Positions 31,327 through 41,949 of a DNA stretch of 64,000 bases are shown in pieces. Source of the stretch: a virus (Duplodnaviria; Heunggongvirae; Uroviricota; Caudoviricetes); IMG/VR virus record IMGVR_UViG_3300025327_000015, one strand, 5' to 3'. The notes beneath the pieces are model-generated. The model ran no database searches and was not told where the DNA came from. It saw nothing but the letters and a program-made list of their open reading frames with translations. A program made the position numbers and the translations under genes. Numbering within the stretch: the first letter of the stretch is position 1; each line of letters begins with the position of its first letter.

Positions 31327-31402
31327 TAGCGCGCCTGGGAGTCGAACCCAGAGACTTCGGCTTATGAGGCCGACGCAGGAAGTCCGGTCCTGCTCGCGCG
31401 CA
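31327..31402 (-). tRNA. tRNA-Met (anticodon CAU)
   Basis: D-stem gcag/ctgc, anticodon stem tcggc/gccga loop ctcataa, T-arm ctggg-ttcgact-cccag, acceptor 6/7 bp with terminal mismatch. Confidence 0.55.
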
Positions 31403-31550
31403 TAACAACCGTACCAAAAACGGAGCCCTGACTCAACCGTGGAAGCACATCGCTGTCTAGTCCAGAGTTCGAGCCAGGGCTCCTTGACCAGTTTAGCGAC
31501 GGTAGATATACTTCACTCCCGTCTAGTCCATTTAACCGTGGAGGTATCTA

Positions 31551-32468
31551 ATGTGGTATGTGCTAACAGTTCTCGCTGGACTAATCATCGTAATAAGTTT
31601 GACGCTTGGATTGGTACTGGGCGGCTCTCGTGCATTTGAAGATAGAGCCGGTCGTCAACAGACGACACCCGATTGGCGCAAGATGGGATTCGCTATCGCA
31701 AGCGGAACCGCAGTTACATACGTTCTGTTGTCGATGCTATTCATCTGGCATTCTGTGGAAGCAGGACATGTCGGGCTAGTACGTGCGTTTGGTGCATATA
31801 CCGGCGTCAAAGAAGCAGGACTAGTTACAACTTGGCCATGGGAATCTATCGAAGAGGCCCGCATCCGCAATGCGTCTCATGAGTTGCTCATGGATGGCGG
31901 AGTCAATGGATCAGCCGCGAGTCAAGAATCACAAGAAGTATTTGTGGTTGCCACGATCAACTATTCACTAGAGAAATCGTGCGTGCAGGAGTTGTATACC
32001 AACTATGGAGCGGCGTATTACGAGACGATCATTGAACCAAGAGCGAAACAGCTATTCAAGGCGGAATCGGTGAAGTTCTCGGCAGTTGATATTCTGCCCA
32101 ATCGTGAGAAGATCCGGCGTGAAACACAGAGTGAATTAGCAAAGCAGTTGGATCAGTTCTGCGTTCGAGGACTGGATTTTCTTTTGACGAATGTCGGTTT
32201 TAGTCCAGAGTTCACTGCAGCTATCGAAGAGAAGCAGGTGGCGACACAGCAGGCCGCTGCTGAAAAGAACCGCGTAGAGATTGCCAGGCAGCAGGCTAAG
32301 CAAGTTGTCATCGCAGCGGAAGCGGACCGTAAAGCGTTCTTCAAGCGTCAGCGCAATCTGACTCCACTGCTCGTAGAATGGGAACGCATCCAGAAGTGGC
32401 AGCCTCAGATCATCTATCTCCCCAGTGACACGATCATCGGACTTCCTGGTCTAGAGAGTAATAGATGA
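31551..32468 (+). CDS. SPFH/band-7 (prohibitin/HflK-like) membrane protein
   Basis: N-terminal TM helix then VGLVRAFGAYTGV...VFVVATINYSL... SPFH core and C-terminal coiled-coil. Confidence 0.65.
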   Translation: MWYVLTVLAGLIIVISLTLGLVLGGSRAFEDRAGRQQTTPDWRKMGFAIASGTAVTYVLLSMLFIWHSVEAGHVGLVRAFGAYTGVKEAGLVTTWPWESIEEARIRNASHELLMDGGVNGSAASQESQEVFVVATINYSLEKSCVQELYTNYGAAYYETIIEPRAKQLFKAESVKFSAVDILPNREKIRRETQSELAKQLDQFCVRGLDFLLTNVGFSPEFTAAIEEKQVATQQAAAEKNRVEIARQQAKQVVIAAEADRKAFFKRQRNLTPLLVEWERIQKWQPQIIYLPSDTIIGLPGLESNR

Positions 32469-32822
32469 AGAATATTACAACTAAAGTAAGTCTCTCATGT
32501 GAGTTAGTTCTTCCATCTAAGGTTGTTACTCTCTATTTCGCACCTCCAATATATAGTCAAGATGGTACAACGTGTTGGACTCTAAGTATGACTGCGATTT
32601 CAGATACTGAACGTGATGCTCTACAAGCATTGAAACAAGCCATGGAAATAATCGCATCTGAATTAATCGGTTGAGAATCAGTGATTAGAATCGTTGAAAT
32701 TCTCGTAGCTGTCAATGCGATTGCTGGGATTGCAACGTTTCTGGGAGCACGCTATGTTATGAGAAAACTCTTTTGGCGCAAGGTAGGCCGAGAAGATCTT
32801 ATCGAGCCAGAGAGTCTACAAC

Positions 32823-33476
32823 TTAAATCCTTGCCCAATCCAAATCAAGAGGATCATTCTCGCAAAACATAAGAGCAGTTCTACCCCTATCCCTTCCAGC
32901 CTTAGCTCGTCTCGGATTGACAATACTCGTCTCATCTGGATGCTGAACAAGCGAAGGAACTGTTGCAAAGATTCTCTGCTTAGTCATTCGCATCCAGAAA
33001 CCTACAATCGCATCATCTGAACTGGGGGGGCGACCTGGAAGTCTGGCAGCTTTTGACCATTCAAGAAATTCTTGAGCTTTCATTCTCGGCCAGAGAACTC
33101 CGACAACTGGAACGAAATCACGGAAATAGATTGGTACATAATGTTCTCCCCGTTGTATGGCTTTCAGAGCATCTGAAGCAGTTTTTTTAGGAAGACCGCC
33201 AAGATAGAGACAGATAGGAGTTTCAGGATTTGCGAGAGCGACTTGCTCTACCGCCAGCGGGAAATTAATGCAAACTCGCACATCATCTTGAAGCACAACT
33301 CCAAAGTCTGCACCACCCTGAAGAAACTGACGAAGACATGCCTGATAACCCCGCCAAGGACTCAGAGGATGTTTGTCGTCAACAACAACTTCCACTGAAA
33401 GTGGGGTAAGTGATTTCTTTAACGCAGGAAGAAGCGAAGCTCGCGACGGATGATGTTGAACCAAAACACAAATCAC
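32823..33476 (-). CDS. hypothetical protein (possible nucleotide-sugar transferase-like)
   Basis: 217 aa; VVLQDDV acidic motif; weak. Confidence 0.25.
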   Translation of the reverse strand: MICVLVQHHPSRASLLPALKKSLTPLSVEVVVDDKHPLSPWRGYQACLRQFLQGGADFGVVLQDDVRVCINFPLAVEQVALANPETPICLYLGGLPKKTASDALKAIQRGEHYVPIYFRDFVPVVGVLWPRMKAQEFLEWSKAARLPGRPPSSDDAIVGFWMRMTKQRIFATVPSLVQHPDETSIVNPRRAKAGRDRGRTALMFCENDPLDLDWARI

Positions 33477-33952
33477 GTCGCAACAAGAAAACCATCGGCG
33501 AAGGAGAAAATAATGTCATTCCCATTGGGGACAACAGGAACACCATCTTTTATGATGTCCATATGAACCATCGGCACAATATCGGTATCGGTACCAGAGG
33601 TTGTATCTGAGTCGTAGCAGATAAGGAGTTTGCTCCAATTATCCCCGGCCGCTGGAGTTGTGTAGGTTTGATTCGCCAATGGTAGAACGATGCGATGGTT
33701 TGTAGTATCAACTGTGTAGGCAGCGAGATCTGCATCAGTCAATGTCTTACGAACAGAGTTCGTAGCCTCATTATTAGAGGCTGCCAATAGAGCAGAAAGA
33801 TTCGCATATGTACGGAGAACAGAATCTGCCTCCAATCCGGTATGAGTCAGAACAACCAGAATAAGCGCAGAGTTGGCGGGATCATTCGAATCGACACGAC
33901 CATAAAGCTCGACTTCACGTCGTAGCACTGCATCGAAACTGCCATTGGCCAC
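33473..33952 (-). CDS. hypothetical structural protein
   Basis: 159 aa Thr/Asn/Asp-rich. Confidence 0.3.
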   Translation of the reverse strand: MANGSFDAVLRREVELYGRVDSNDPANSALILVVLTHTGLEADSVLRTYANLSALLAASNNEATNSVRKTLTDADLAAYTVDTTNHRIVLPLANQTYTTPAAGDNWSKLLICYDSDTTSGTDTDIVPMVHMDIIKDGVPVVPNGNDIIFSFADGFLVAT

Positions 33953-34382
33953 TTAGCGCGCCGGTTCCATCGTAATCGTCTGATTTTCTCCCTTACGCAC
34001 TGCTCCAAGCGTCGGCACTAATCCTTTATTCGTAGGAACAGGTGTCATCTCCACACGGATTTTCGTGTCCTCTGCCTGAGTGACAGTAAGTTTGGAGACC
34101 GGACTCATTTACTTATATTTCTCAAATATTGGCCCGCTACATCCCAGCGCCCGCACTCGCTTGCGGATATGACGAACCACTCGTGCTTGACTCTGCGGAG
34201 TCTGCCCCCGACCTTGGGCTCGAATCGCTCGTTCGGCATAGTCGCAATTAGGGATCGGATAACTTCCATCAGGAAGTGCTACGCCCGATTTTGCCCAACG
34301 ACGACGTTGTTCAGCCGTAATCTCCTGGAAGCTATCAAGCCATCCACCTTCTTCTAGAATACGAAGAGTCTGCTGACGAATT

Positions 34383-36128
34383 TCAGCTCGTGTTGCCATA
34401 TCTCTCTCCTAGTGCCTGTCGGAGACGCTGAGTCAACATGACTTTGCGCCGCTTACGCTTCCGATAGTTCGCAAGCTCATCGACATTGGCTGTCGCGACG
34501 AGCGCTTCGACTTCTTCTTTCCCACCAGAAGCGACAAGACGCATCTCCGTGCGAGGAACAGGATATCCCGGAATTGGCACCGCGAGAACGCCCTGCAACT
34601 CCAGTGCCCCGTTCTCCCTTCTCCAATCCCCCGACGGCGGATTGGCTCGAAGGTCACGGATCTTTTCTGCCGGGACATCGCTTCGGATCGCGCCCGAGAG
34701 CCAGATTCCTCGGCGACCATCGTGAGCACGAACGAAAGCAGCAACACAGCCAGTGTTGTCGTAGTGCTCTTGGGTCTTTACTGATCCATAGGTCAGTGGA
34801 GCATGAGGCGTTCCCACGGTGATCTTTCCAACTGCAAGACATTCATCTTCAGCAGTTTCAATCTCTCCTAGATGAAAGAACTTGTAGTCCGAATACGAGC
34901 GAGGAGGCTGCTGACAGATTCCTTCAAAGCCGGTATGACATTGACCCCAAACGGCAAGATGCCCAAAAACACGTCCATCCTCAGTAATTGTCAATGGACA
35001 AGGAAGATTTGGCTCTGGCATCTCAAACCAGGCTTTAGGGGGTTTAAGCGGGGCTTTGCCTGCGGCTGAAGCGGTAAGAACTTCTTGTTCAACGTGAATA
35101 AATCCAATCCAATGCATGACTCCGCTGGCGGTAATAATCGAAGCCTCTGGGAAGGCTGCAAATGGAACAACTGTCGCTCCCATAATTGAGCCTTCAATAC
35201 CAGTTAGATAGCCTCCTCCGCCAAGAAGAAGCGTCATCAAATCCAATTCTTCAGGATCAACAGGTTCAAGCGTATCCGGATCCAAGAGAGAGACATTCGT
35301 CACCGAGAGATCGAGTGAGACTCCTCCACCATTTTCAAGCAATCGCACACCATTTTCTCCGGTTTCAGAACCATCAAAACTCCCCTTTGCCCAGATCACA
35401 ACAGCATCATCAGGCAAATCTCCGAGATCAAAACCATCTTCGTTAAATTCAGAAGAAGGAATACGATTAATTTTCTCAATTCTTCCTCCAACTTCTGATC
35501 CCTTATGTCCTTCTTCGCTAACTATCTGAACCATTAGAGGAAGCGGAAGTTCTCGATCATCAATCTTTCCCGGCATGAGATAACGCTTATCAGCAGTAGG
35601 ATGACCCTCGACAGCGAGCACACCTTTCCACGGTGTACGAGTTTCTACATCTTCATCAGATGATGTATCTTCAGATGTAACAGTAACAGTGACACTTGGA
35701 TTAAATGTCTCCAAATTACTGGATGTCATAAAAATCTGTGGCGCAGTAGATACAGATGAAGAAATAGGACCAATGTAATACCAAAACTGATCAGTCATAT
35801 TCTCATCCATCATCTTGCGCATATGGCGCTCAGCCTCTTCATGTGTGTCATAGCAAGCGCCTTCTACCGGAGTAGAAGTACCTGATTCATGGACGCAGTG
35901 CTTTCCATCTTTCATTCTGATCTCATAGGAATGCTCGGCCATCGTCTCCATGCTCTCTTTTGCTGTCTCCATCACCGTATCTCCGACTACGGACGTATTT
36001 AGTCTCTCTGCTCGATAGAGAGCACGTTGTTGCCGTCTTGCTTTCTCACGAGAGTCATGGCAGCCATGATTTCCGCTCGGGCCATATACACAATACTTCT
36101 CACCTTGCTTGCGAATCGTGTACGGCAT
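34383..36128 (-). CDS. head morphogenesis protein (candidate prohead protease/minor head protein)
   Basis: Start revised to ATG at 36128 (MPYTIRKQGEKY...) so that it abuts portal end; 581 aa; position downstream of portal. Confidence 0.3.
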   Translation of the reverse strand: MPYTIRKQGEKYCVYGPSGNHGCHDSREKARRQQRALYRAERLNTSVVGDTVMETAKESMETMAEHSYEIRMKDGKHCVHESGTSTPVEGACYDTHEEAERHMRKMMDENMTDQFWYYIGPISSSVSTAPQIFMTSSNLETFNPSVTVTVTSEDTSSDEDVETRTPWKGVLAVEGHPTADKRYLMPGKIDDRELPLPLMVQIVSEEGHKGSEVGGRIEKINRIPSSEFNEDGFDLGDLPDDAVVIWAKGSFDGSETGENGVRLLENGGGVSLDLSVTNVSLLDPDTLEPVDPEELDLMTLLLGGGGYLTGIEGSIMGATVVPFAAFPEASIITASGVMHWIGFIHVEQEVLTASAAGKAPLKPPKAWFEMPEPNLPCPLTITEDGRVFGHLAVWGQCHTGFEGICQQPPRSYSDYKFFHLGEIETAEDECLAVGKITVGTPHAPLTYGSVKTQEHYDNTGCVAAFVRAHDGRRGIWLSGAIRSDVPAEKIRDLRANPPSGDWRRENGALELQGVLAVPIPGYPVPRTEMRLVASGGKEEVEALVATANVDELANYRKRKRRKVMLTQRLRQALGERYGNTS

Positions 36129-37896
36129 CCGACACCTCCTGAACACGCTCAACATGGGCCGCAAACCCAGAGGGCAACGGGCCTGGATTCTTTTCGTAAA
36201 GAGTTCTGGCCGCATACACCTCAACCATCTCAGAAAGTGCAACCGCCTGTGTTTCCGCAAATCCCCAATTGATGAGCAAGTTACGGAATCCATCACTTCC
36301 ACTAGCTACTAGCTTGAGAGGTGATGGAGCATTCAGTTCTTTCAATACATCAGGGCCAATGAGAGAAGCGACAAGCGCATTAGGCTTACCATTCGCAGGC
36401 TCCAAGCACTCCGGACACGATTTTTGATAGGAACGAATTCGTGCCCCAGCAACCTCTCGACAACGAACGAGTGCTAGCTCCGCAGCGCCAAGAACTCTGG
36501 CAGAAGCTGTTCTCGATTCTGGCCGTGACCCTTCGCGCCCAGCTACAGGCTCCGGGGGACCTTCCTCTGGAGTACGAGCATCTTCAGGACTAGGCTGAGG
36601 ACCTCGTTCAGGAGTCATCTGAGGAGCATCGGGGAGAAGAAGCGGATTACGCATCTTCCAGGCGAGCCATTCATCATGCTCATCTTTAGAAGGCTCCATC
36701 GCTTCAGGAATACCTTTCATCTCACGATAACCTTTGTAACTAATTGCTCCGCGATCAAATGCTCGATCAGCATCTTCAGAACGATCAGGTGCAATAACAA
36801 CATCAGCATCGTCATAGGCAACTACTACCTGCGCCCATTCTGAATATTCAGCATCTTTCAATGCTGGACGCAAATATGCTTCCGAAATATCATCACAAAA
36901 CATCTCAGCAACTGGTGCCCCATGTGAACGCCACATATCATGAACAACTTGACGAGCCGTCCAGTGGTTGGCATCTGTCATTCCAAGCAGCACTTCAGGC
37001 GGAAAATCTAGACCCATCGCAAGCCTCTTAATAGCCTCAGTGCGCAGATCTCTTTCCAAATAATCAGTCTGAGGATCATGCATCTGCATCCAGCGCAGAC
37101 GATCGAGATATTCGTAGGAACCTTCAATGATCGGCGGTACACGCGCTTCTGCTGATCCCGGATTCTCGATCTGACCAATGAAGTGCTCAATTAGATCGAC
37201 CATGAAGGGATCGTTCTCTGGATCTTCATCTCCGATAGGTTCAGCAGGGCCTGGAGAAATTTCCTGCGGCACAAGCAGAAGTCCTTTAGTAAGACGCGTA
37301 AGGGCTGTTGATTGCACAGCTTTCGTCAAAAGAATTAGCTCTTCACAAACCTCTTGTACTGAACAAAGCGGAGCATCCGCAAGATCAGAATGTCGAGGAG
37401 AAGGGCGCCAAAGACGATATGCCACTCCTTCTTCTATGGGCTGTTTGTCCTTATCGATTCGGTAAGTTCGACCGTTCTCTTCCTTTACCTCATCTATCCA
37501 TAGAAAGCTCCATCGTTCTTCATCTGTATCGATTCGAGCACCAAAGAGAACACCTTCTCCAGTAATGAACATCAAACGCCCATAATTCAATTGAAGTTGG
37601 GAACGGCCACCACCTGGATCTTGAATGCGATTAAGCAAATCAACGGGTGGCCCTTCTTCAATAGGTTCGACTTCACCTTGTTCATCAAGAAGCGCAGGAA
37701 AAATTCGAACACGAGAAATCATGCGCGCATAAAACTGCGAAGCGTAACGAATTTCTCCTATTTGTTCGTAATAATCTAGGGCTCTTTGCTGCCAGCCTTC
37801 ACTCTGACGTTTAGAATAGGAAGTTTTCGGACCAGAATACTTCTCAGCAGAAGCAGTTAGAACACGAGGACCTCTGCGTCTCGCAGGAAGTGCCAT
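36100..37896 (-). CDS. portal protein
   Basis: 598 aa, size and N-terminal pattern (QQRALDYYEQIGEIRYA) typical of portal proteins; upstream of head morphogenesis gene. Confidence 0.55.
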   Translation of the reverse strand: MALPARRRGPRVLTASAEKYSGPKTSYSKRQSEGWQQRALDYYEQIGEIRYASQFYARMISRVRIFPALLDEQGEVEPIEEGPPVDLLNRIQDPGGGRSQLQLNYGRLMFITGEGVLFGARIDTDEERWSFLWIDEVKEENGRTYRIDKDKQPIEEGVAYRLWRPSPRHSDLADAPLCSVQEVCEELILLTKAVQSTALTRLTKGLLLVPQEISPGPAEPIGDEDPENDPFMVDLIEHFIGQIENPGSAEARVPPIIEGSYEYLDRLRWMQMHDPQTDYLERDLRTEAIKRLAMGLDFPPEVLLGMTDANHWTARQVVHDMWRSHGAPVAEMFCDDISEAYLRPALKDAEYSEWAQVVVAYDDADVVIAPDRSEDADRAFDRGAISYKGYREMKGIPEAMEPSKDEHDEWLAWKMRNPLLLPDAPQMTPERGPQPSPEDARTPEEGPPEPVAGREGSRPESRTASARVLGAAELALVRCREVAGARIRSYQKSCPECLEPANGKPNALVASLIGPDVLKELNAPSPLKLVASGSDGFRNLLINWGFAETQAVALSEMVEVYAARTLYEKNPGPLPSGFAAHVERVQEVSDAVHDSQAR

Positions 37897-38048
37897 CTAC
37901 TTCGCAGCAGAATCTTGAGGAGACGGAGAAGAAGATGGTTTCTTAACTGGCACTTTCTTGCCACCCTTACATCCGCACGGGATAGCAATCACCTCCAGAG
38001 ATAGCTAGACAGGCCATCGGCCTGATGGTGCCACATGTCTCCGGACGT

Positions 38049-38381
38049 TTACTCCGAGGAAAGCAGCTTATGACCAGCTATGACGGCTGCTGAAAGCATA
38101 AAAGGCGTTGCCACTATTAGCGCCGCCTGTGGCCATATTTGCCAAAAAAGCCACCAGCTAAGAGCTATCCATGCGCCTACACAATATGAACATGTAAGAA
38201 ACATCGCCCATTTCTCACGATAATCTCTCGGTATATCATCGCCTTCTCTATTCCATTCTTTACCGAGTTTCGTAAGATAACGACGAGGCTGATCGAAAAT
38301 ATCATCATATGCGATTAGCTGAAAAACACGCCAAGAGGCAATCGCTAGAATAATTGCCTCCCACCAATCAGGAACGTCCAC
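38049..38381 (-). CDS. membrane protein, holin candidate
   Basis: 110 aa, 3 hydrophobic helices, immediately downstream of amidase. Confidence 0.4.
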   Translation of the reverse strand: MDVPDWWEAIILAIASWRVFQLIAYDDIFDQPRRYLTKLGKEWNREGDDIPRDYREKWAMFLTCSYCVGAWIALSWWLFWQIWPQAALIVATPFMLSAAVIAGHKLLSSE

Positions 38382-38549
38382 GAGGCCATCCCTCTATCTT
38401 TCTTCTTCTTCTTCCCCAGGTTGGACCAAGATGTTTACGTGTCAACTCAACAACCATACGTTGGCTTACCGCTGGCGGTACATTGCGCTGAATCCCAGCA
38501 ATACTTTCTAGCTCCGTATCTTGGCGCCAGGGAAGTTTCATCTAAATAC

Positions 38550-39203
38550 TCACGTCTGTTCACGCTCTAGACGGATCTGCTCATACCAGTAGCGCACTTT
38601 GCGGATGAAGTAATCACGAGGAAAGTTTGGCCCAGGATCCCAATGCGTTCCGCCCTTGAAAGCCGCATTCACATCAACATGCGTTGTCAGACCACGCTTA
38701 TCTGCAAGAAGATCGGCAACAGTGAGCCAGCGACGAGGAATCTTGTATTGCCAGCACCATTTAGCGGCTTTGGCTGCAGCAAGATTGAGCATAGGTTTCA
38801 CAACTTCTTCCGCCCATCGTTCTTTCGTCCAGCCCGCACGACCGCAGATTTCCATATGCAGTCCGTCCGAGTTAGCACCTTTCGCTCCCCAAGGGATTAT
38901 AAGATCAGGCAACATCCGAACACATGAATCTCTGTCTACTGCAAGTTGAGTGGAAGCCTTCACATCTTGGCGAGCAAAATAGTTGGCAACACCCTCAGCA
39001 GTGTTATCGGATCCCGAAAGATCAGCCGCCTCTGCTGTATGGATAACCACGAGATCAATCGAAGATACCTGTCGCGGTCCTGAATCATGAGCCGCTCTCG
39101 GCCCTACTTTGCATGGCACGGCCCACAGACGAAGGGGATCATAAGATTTAGGTGGCATTGGCTTGATACAGGATACAGATGCTTTGAATCGTGGGGAGTT
39201 CAA
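38550..39203 (-). CDS. N-acetylmuramoyl-L-alanine amidase (PGRP/amidase_2) endolysin
   Basis: LVVIHTAEA...GANSDGLHMEICG amidase_2-like zinc site residues. Confidence 0.65.
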   Translation of the reverse strand: MNSPRFKASVSCIKPMPPKSYDPLRLWAVPCKVGPRAAHDSGPRQVSSIDLVVIHTAEAADLSGSDNTAEGVANYFARQDVKASTQLAVDRDSCVRMLPDLIIPWGAKGANSDGLHMEICGRAGWTKERWAEEVVKPMLNLAAAKAAKWCWQYKIPRRWLTVADLLADKRGLTTHVDVNAAFKGGTHWDPGPNFPRDYFIRKVRYWYEQIRLEREQT

Positions 39204-39262
39204 GATTTCCCCCCGCAGTTTTTACACAGACTCCTGGACGAAATAGATTAATCAATGGCAAA

Positions 39263-39586
39263 TTAGTACCTGATTTCAAGGCCAGGATATACACGCTGAG
39301 CAGCCTGAACCGCGTGCCGTACTTTAGGATAGCCAAATTCTCCACCTGTGTAATACCAGAGATCATCATCACCTTGATAGACAGATATTGATCCAGCTTC
39401 CTCAGCTTCCTCAGCTTCTTCAATTTCTTCAATAACTTCCTCTACTTCTACAGGAAGTGCATCTTTAACTCCTTCTTCGACCTTCGCTTCCTCAATCGCA
39501 TCCTGTAGTTCAGCCTTGTTCATCTGATAGCGATCCTCGATATTGAGTTCAATTGCTCGCTCCAACAATTCCGCCTTAGTAGGCAT
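39263..39586 (-). CDS. Rho_N-like domain protein with acidic linker
   Basis: MPTKAELLERAIELNIEDRYQMNKAELQDAIEE resembles Rho termination factor N-terminal motif. Confidence 0.3.
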   Translation of the reverse strand: MPTKAELLERAIELNIEDRYQMNKAELQDAIEEAKVEEGVKDALPVEVEEVIEEIEEAEEAEEAGSISVYQGDDDLWYYTGGEFGYPKVRHAVQAAQRVYPGLEIRY

Positions 39587-39708
39587 ATCTCCTCCTTATC
39601 TGACTTCCCAGGTCTTATCACGTCTCCAAATTTGTTTACCACAGTGCTGGCAAACCCACCAATAACCATTCTGCTTCATTGTCGTTTTTTGCCCATGACA
39701 ATAGATTG

Positions 39709-40287
39709 TCATACCATCTGCTTTCGCAGGTTATTTAATCTCCAATTTGCCGCGTCTAAGCGTTCAGGAGTATCCACACGTCCGATCTGCGACCAATGAT
39801 GGACAAATGCGTAGGAATATAGGATGCGCGTTTGAATACCCAACATGCGTGCTTTCTCCGATAACCAGATATCCGCGTAGTAATCAATCTCGGGCCAGAA
39901 ACCGATTCGTTCGTACTGATCGCGGCGGAGGATGGGAACACGAGTGAAATGAACAAAAGCTCCATCCTCACCATCTTCCCAGTTATCGAATGTGCCATCG
40001 GCAGAGAAGTTCAGAATCTTGGCGGCAGGAAGTTCATCATAGAGTCCAAGCCAGTGCAAAGGCTTTTCCCACCAGCCGGGCAAAGGCTCCAGATCATCTG
40101 CACCGAAATGCACGGTCTCTCCACTCGATTGCTTATAGCCCTTGTTGCAAGCTCCGGGCCAGGTTGGTTCGTCCTTCACCACGATCAGCTCGTGCTCCAC
40201 TTCCGTCGTCGCGCAGTAGGCGGCCACGATCTTCTCTAGAGATTCCTCTCGGCCAGAAATGGTAGGCATTATGATCGAGAGTTTCAT
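39709..40287 (-). CDS. GT-A fold glycosyltransferase (GT2-like)
   Basis: MKLSIIMPTISGREESLEKIVAAY start and HFGADDLEP DXD-like motif. Confidence 0.5.
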   Translation of the reverse strand: MKLSIIMPTISGREESLEKIVAAYCATTEVEHELIVVKDEPTWPGACNKGYKQSSGETVHFGADDLEPLPGWWEKPLHWLGLYDELPAAKILNFSADGTFDNWEDGEDGAFVHFTRVPILRRDQYERIGFWPEIDYYADIWLSEKARMLGIQTRILYSYAFVHHWSQIGRVDTPERLDAANWRLNNLRKQMV

Positions 40288-40615
40288 CCACCAAGATCCT
40301 TGATATTAATTCTTCGCACTTGCTCACTAAGAACAGCACTGGAAAGTTCCCAGGATGACAACTTCTCAGCGTCCTGGATTCCTAACCTCTTTGCATCCTC
40401 AAGATCACGAATACGTCGATGACGTGCAACTGAACGATTTAGAAGTTCTATCCACGATAGAGTATTCCAGTTAGAAGTTCCTAACTTCTTTTCTTCCATT
40501 CGCAACTTAGGTTCTTCTTTCTGACGATACTGTTTAGCTTGAAGCCGCGAAAGCTCTTGATTAGAGAGTTTCTCTAACTCTTCGCGGAGCTGTCTTTTTC
40601 CCCGCCTGAGCAGAT

Positions 40616-41221
40616 TCATCGCAGCACGTAGCAGGCCGCGAAGCAATCGGGCCGCCAAGGACTAGAGCAGGGATAGGAGCCGACGTGCTCGGCCTTGAAG
40701 CCCGCCTCTCCCGCCAGCGTGATGAACTCTCGTTTCGTCCACCATTCGGTAATGGGAACCTCGGACTGAGAGTGTGTCGAGAGGTTGCCGTCGTAGACCA
40801 TTACCCGCGCGTTTCCCTCTTTGAGCACTCGCCGCAGCCGAAGAAGAATACCAATGGGATCGTGGACGTGCTGGAGAACACCCGCGCAGTGAACATGATC
40901 TACCTGCGGCAGCTCGTCGTCGGCAAAGAGAGCGGTAGCCCTCCCGCGCAAGCCGTACATCTCTAGGCGTTCGCTCGTCGTTTGCAGAGCAAGCCAAGAA
41001 ATATCCGCGAAGTAGACGTGCGCCGCGCCATAGCGAAGAAAAAGCAAAGTGTCATGGCCGGGGCCGCAGCCGTAGTCGAGAATCGTCTGGCCGGGGTACT
41101 CGACAGGCATCAGCCCGAGCAAGTCCGGATAGCGAGAATTTCTCTCCTGGAGCGCCGCCTCAGATTCTTCGGCGTCCAAATAGGGGCCGCCGACTTGATG
41201 AGTGGCCCAGAAAGTTGTCAT
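40616..41221 (-). CDS. class I SAM-dependent methyltransferase
   Basis: ILDYGCGPGHDTLLF motif I. Confidence 0.6.
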   Translation of the reverse strand: MTTFWATHQVGGPYLDAEESEAALQERNSRYPDLLGLMPVEYPGQTILDYGCGPGHDTLLFLRYGAAHVYFADISWLALQTTSERLEMYGLRGRATALFADDELPQVDHVHCAGVLQHVHDPIGILLRLRRVLKEGNARVMVYDGNLSTHSQSEVPITEWWTKREFITLAGEAGFKAEHVGSYPCSSPWRPDCFAACYVLR

Positions 41222-41949
41222 ACGTAGCTTCTTTTAGAAATCGGAATATGTCTACGTTTCAATTCTGAACTGATTTGCTGGCTAACACGATTTCTATCTG
41301 TTGCACACCATTCATGATAGTTAACAAGATCAGTGTCAATGTAGGTTATTCCATGCTTTATCCATCCGTCTGTTTCATCCTTATTACGTTTACTGAGTTT
41401 CCAAGTTCGATGTTCAATGATGACATCGGGAAGATAACGGGTGAGATGAAGCATTCCAGCCAAGTTGTTCCAAGCCTCATCAATCCCGCCTTGACGTACT
41501 CCCGGCAATGCCCACCATCCAACCGTTCGAATCAACTCGCCTCCCCAACAAAGACCAGCCGTAAAGCAAGGACCTCCAGTCGAATGCAACCATCCCAGTT
41601 CTGACATCCAATAATCACGAGCGCATGAGATGTACCAATCGCCCGCTGCTTGCTCAAGCTCCACGTCCCACCCTGGCGTCTGTGGGATGTTGTCATCAGC
41701 CAGCCAGCCGTATTGGCTCGCATCCGGATATTGCTCTAGGCAGTAGCGCATGGAGGCCGCGATGGAACCCCATTCGGGCTCAAGATGCATCGTCCAGTTA
41801 GGCGGCAAGCGCAAGTCGGCATACTCCTCAACCGTTTCATCGACGTAGACAAGGCCGGGCGAAGTCATCTCCGTCGCCTCGCAGGCATCCAGAACTTCCT
41901 GACAGGCTTTCGGCCGTCCGCGCGTAGAGAGCAGCCAGATCGCGCTCAT
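41218..41949 (-). CDS. hypothetical protein in glycan cluster
   Basis: 243 aa Trp-rich; no clear motif. Confidence 0.3.
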   Translation of the reverse strand: MSAIWLLSTRGRPKACQEVLDACEATEMTSPGLVYVDETVEEYADLRLPPNWTMHLEPEWGSIAASMRYCLEQYPDASQYGWLADDNIPQTPGWDVELEQAAGDWYISCARDYWMSELGWLHSTGGPCFTAGLCWGGELIRTVGWWALPGVRQGGIDEAWNNLAGMLHLTRYLPDVIIEHRTWKLSKRNKDETDGWIKHGITYIDTDLVNYHEWCATDRNRVSQQISSELKRRHIPISKRSYV

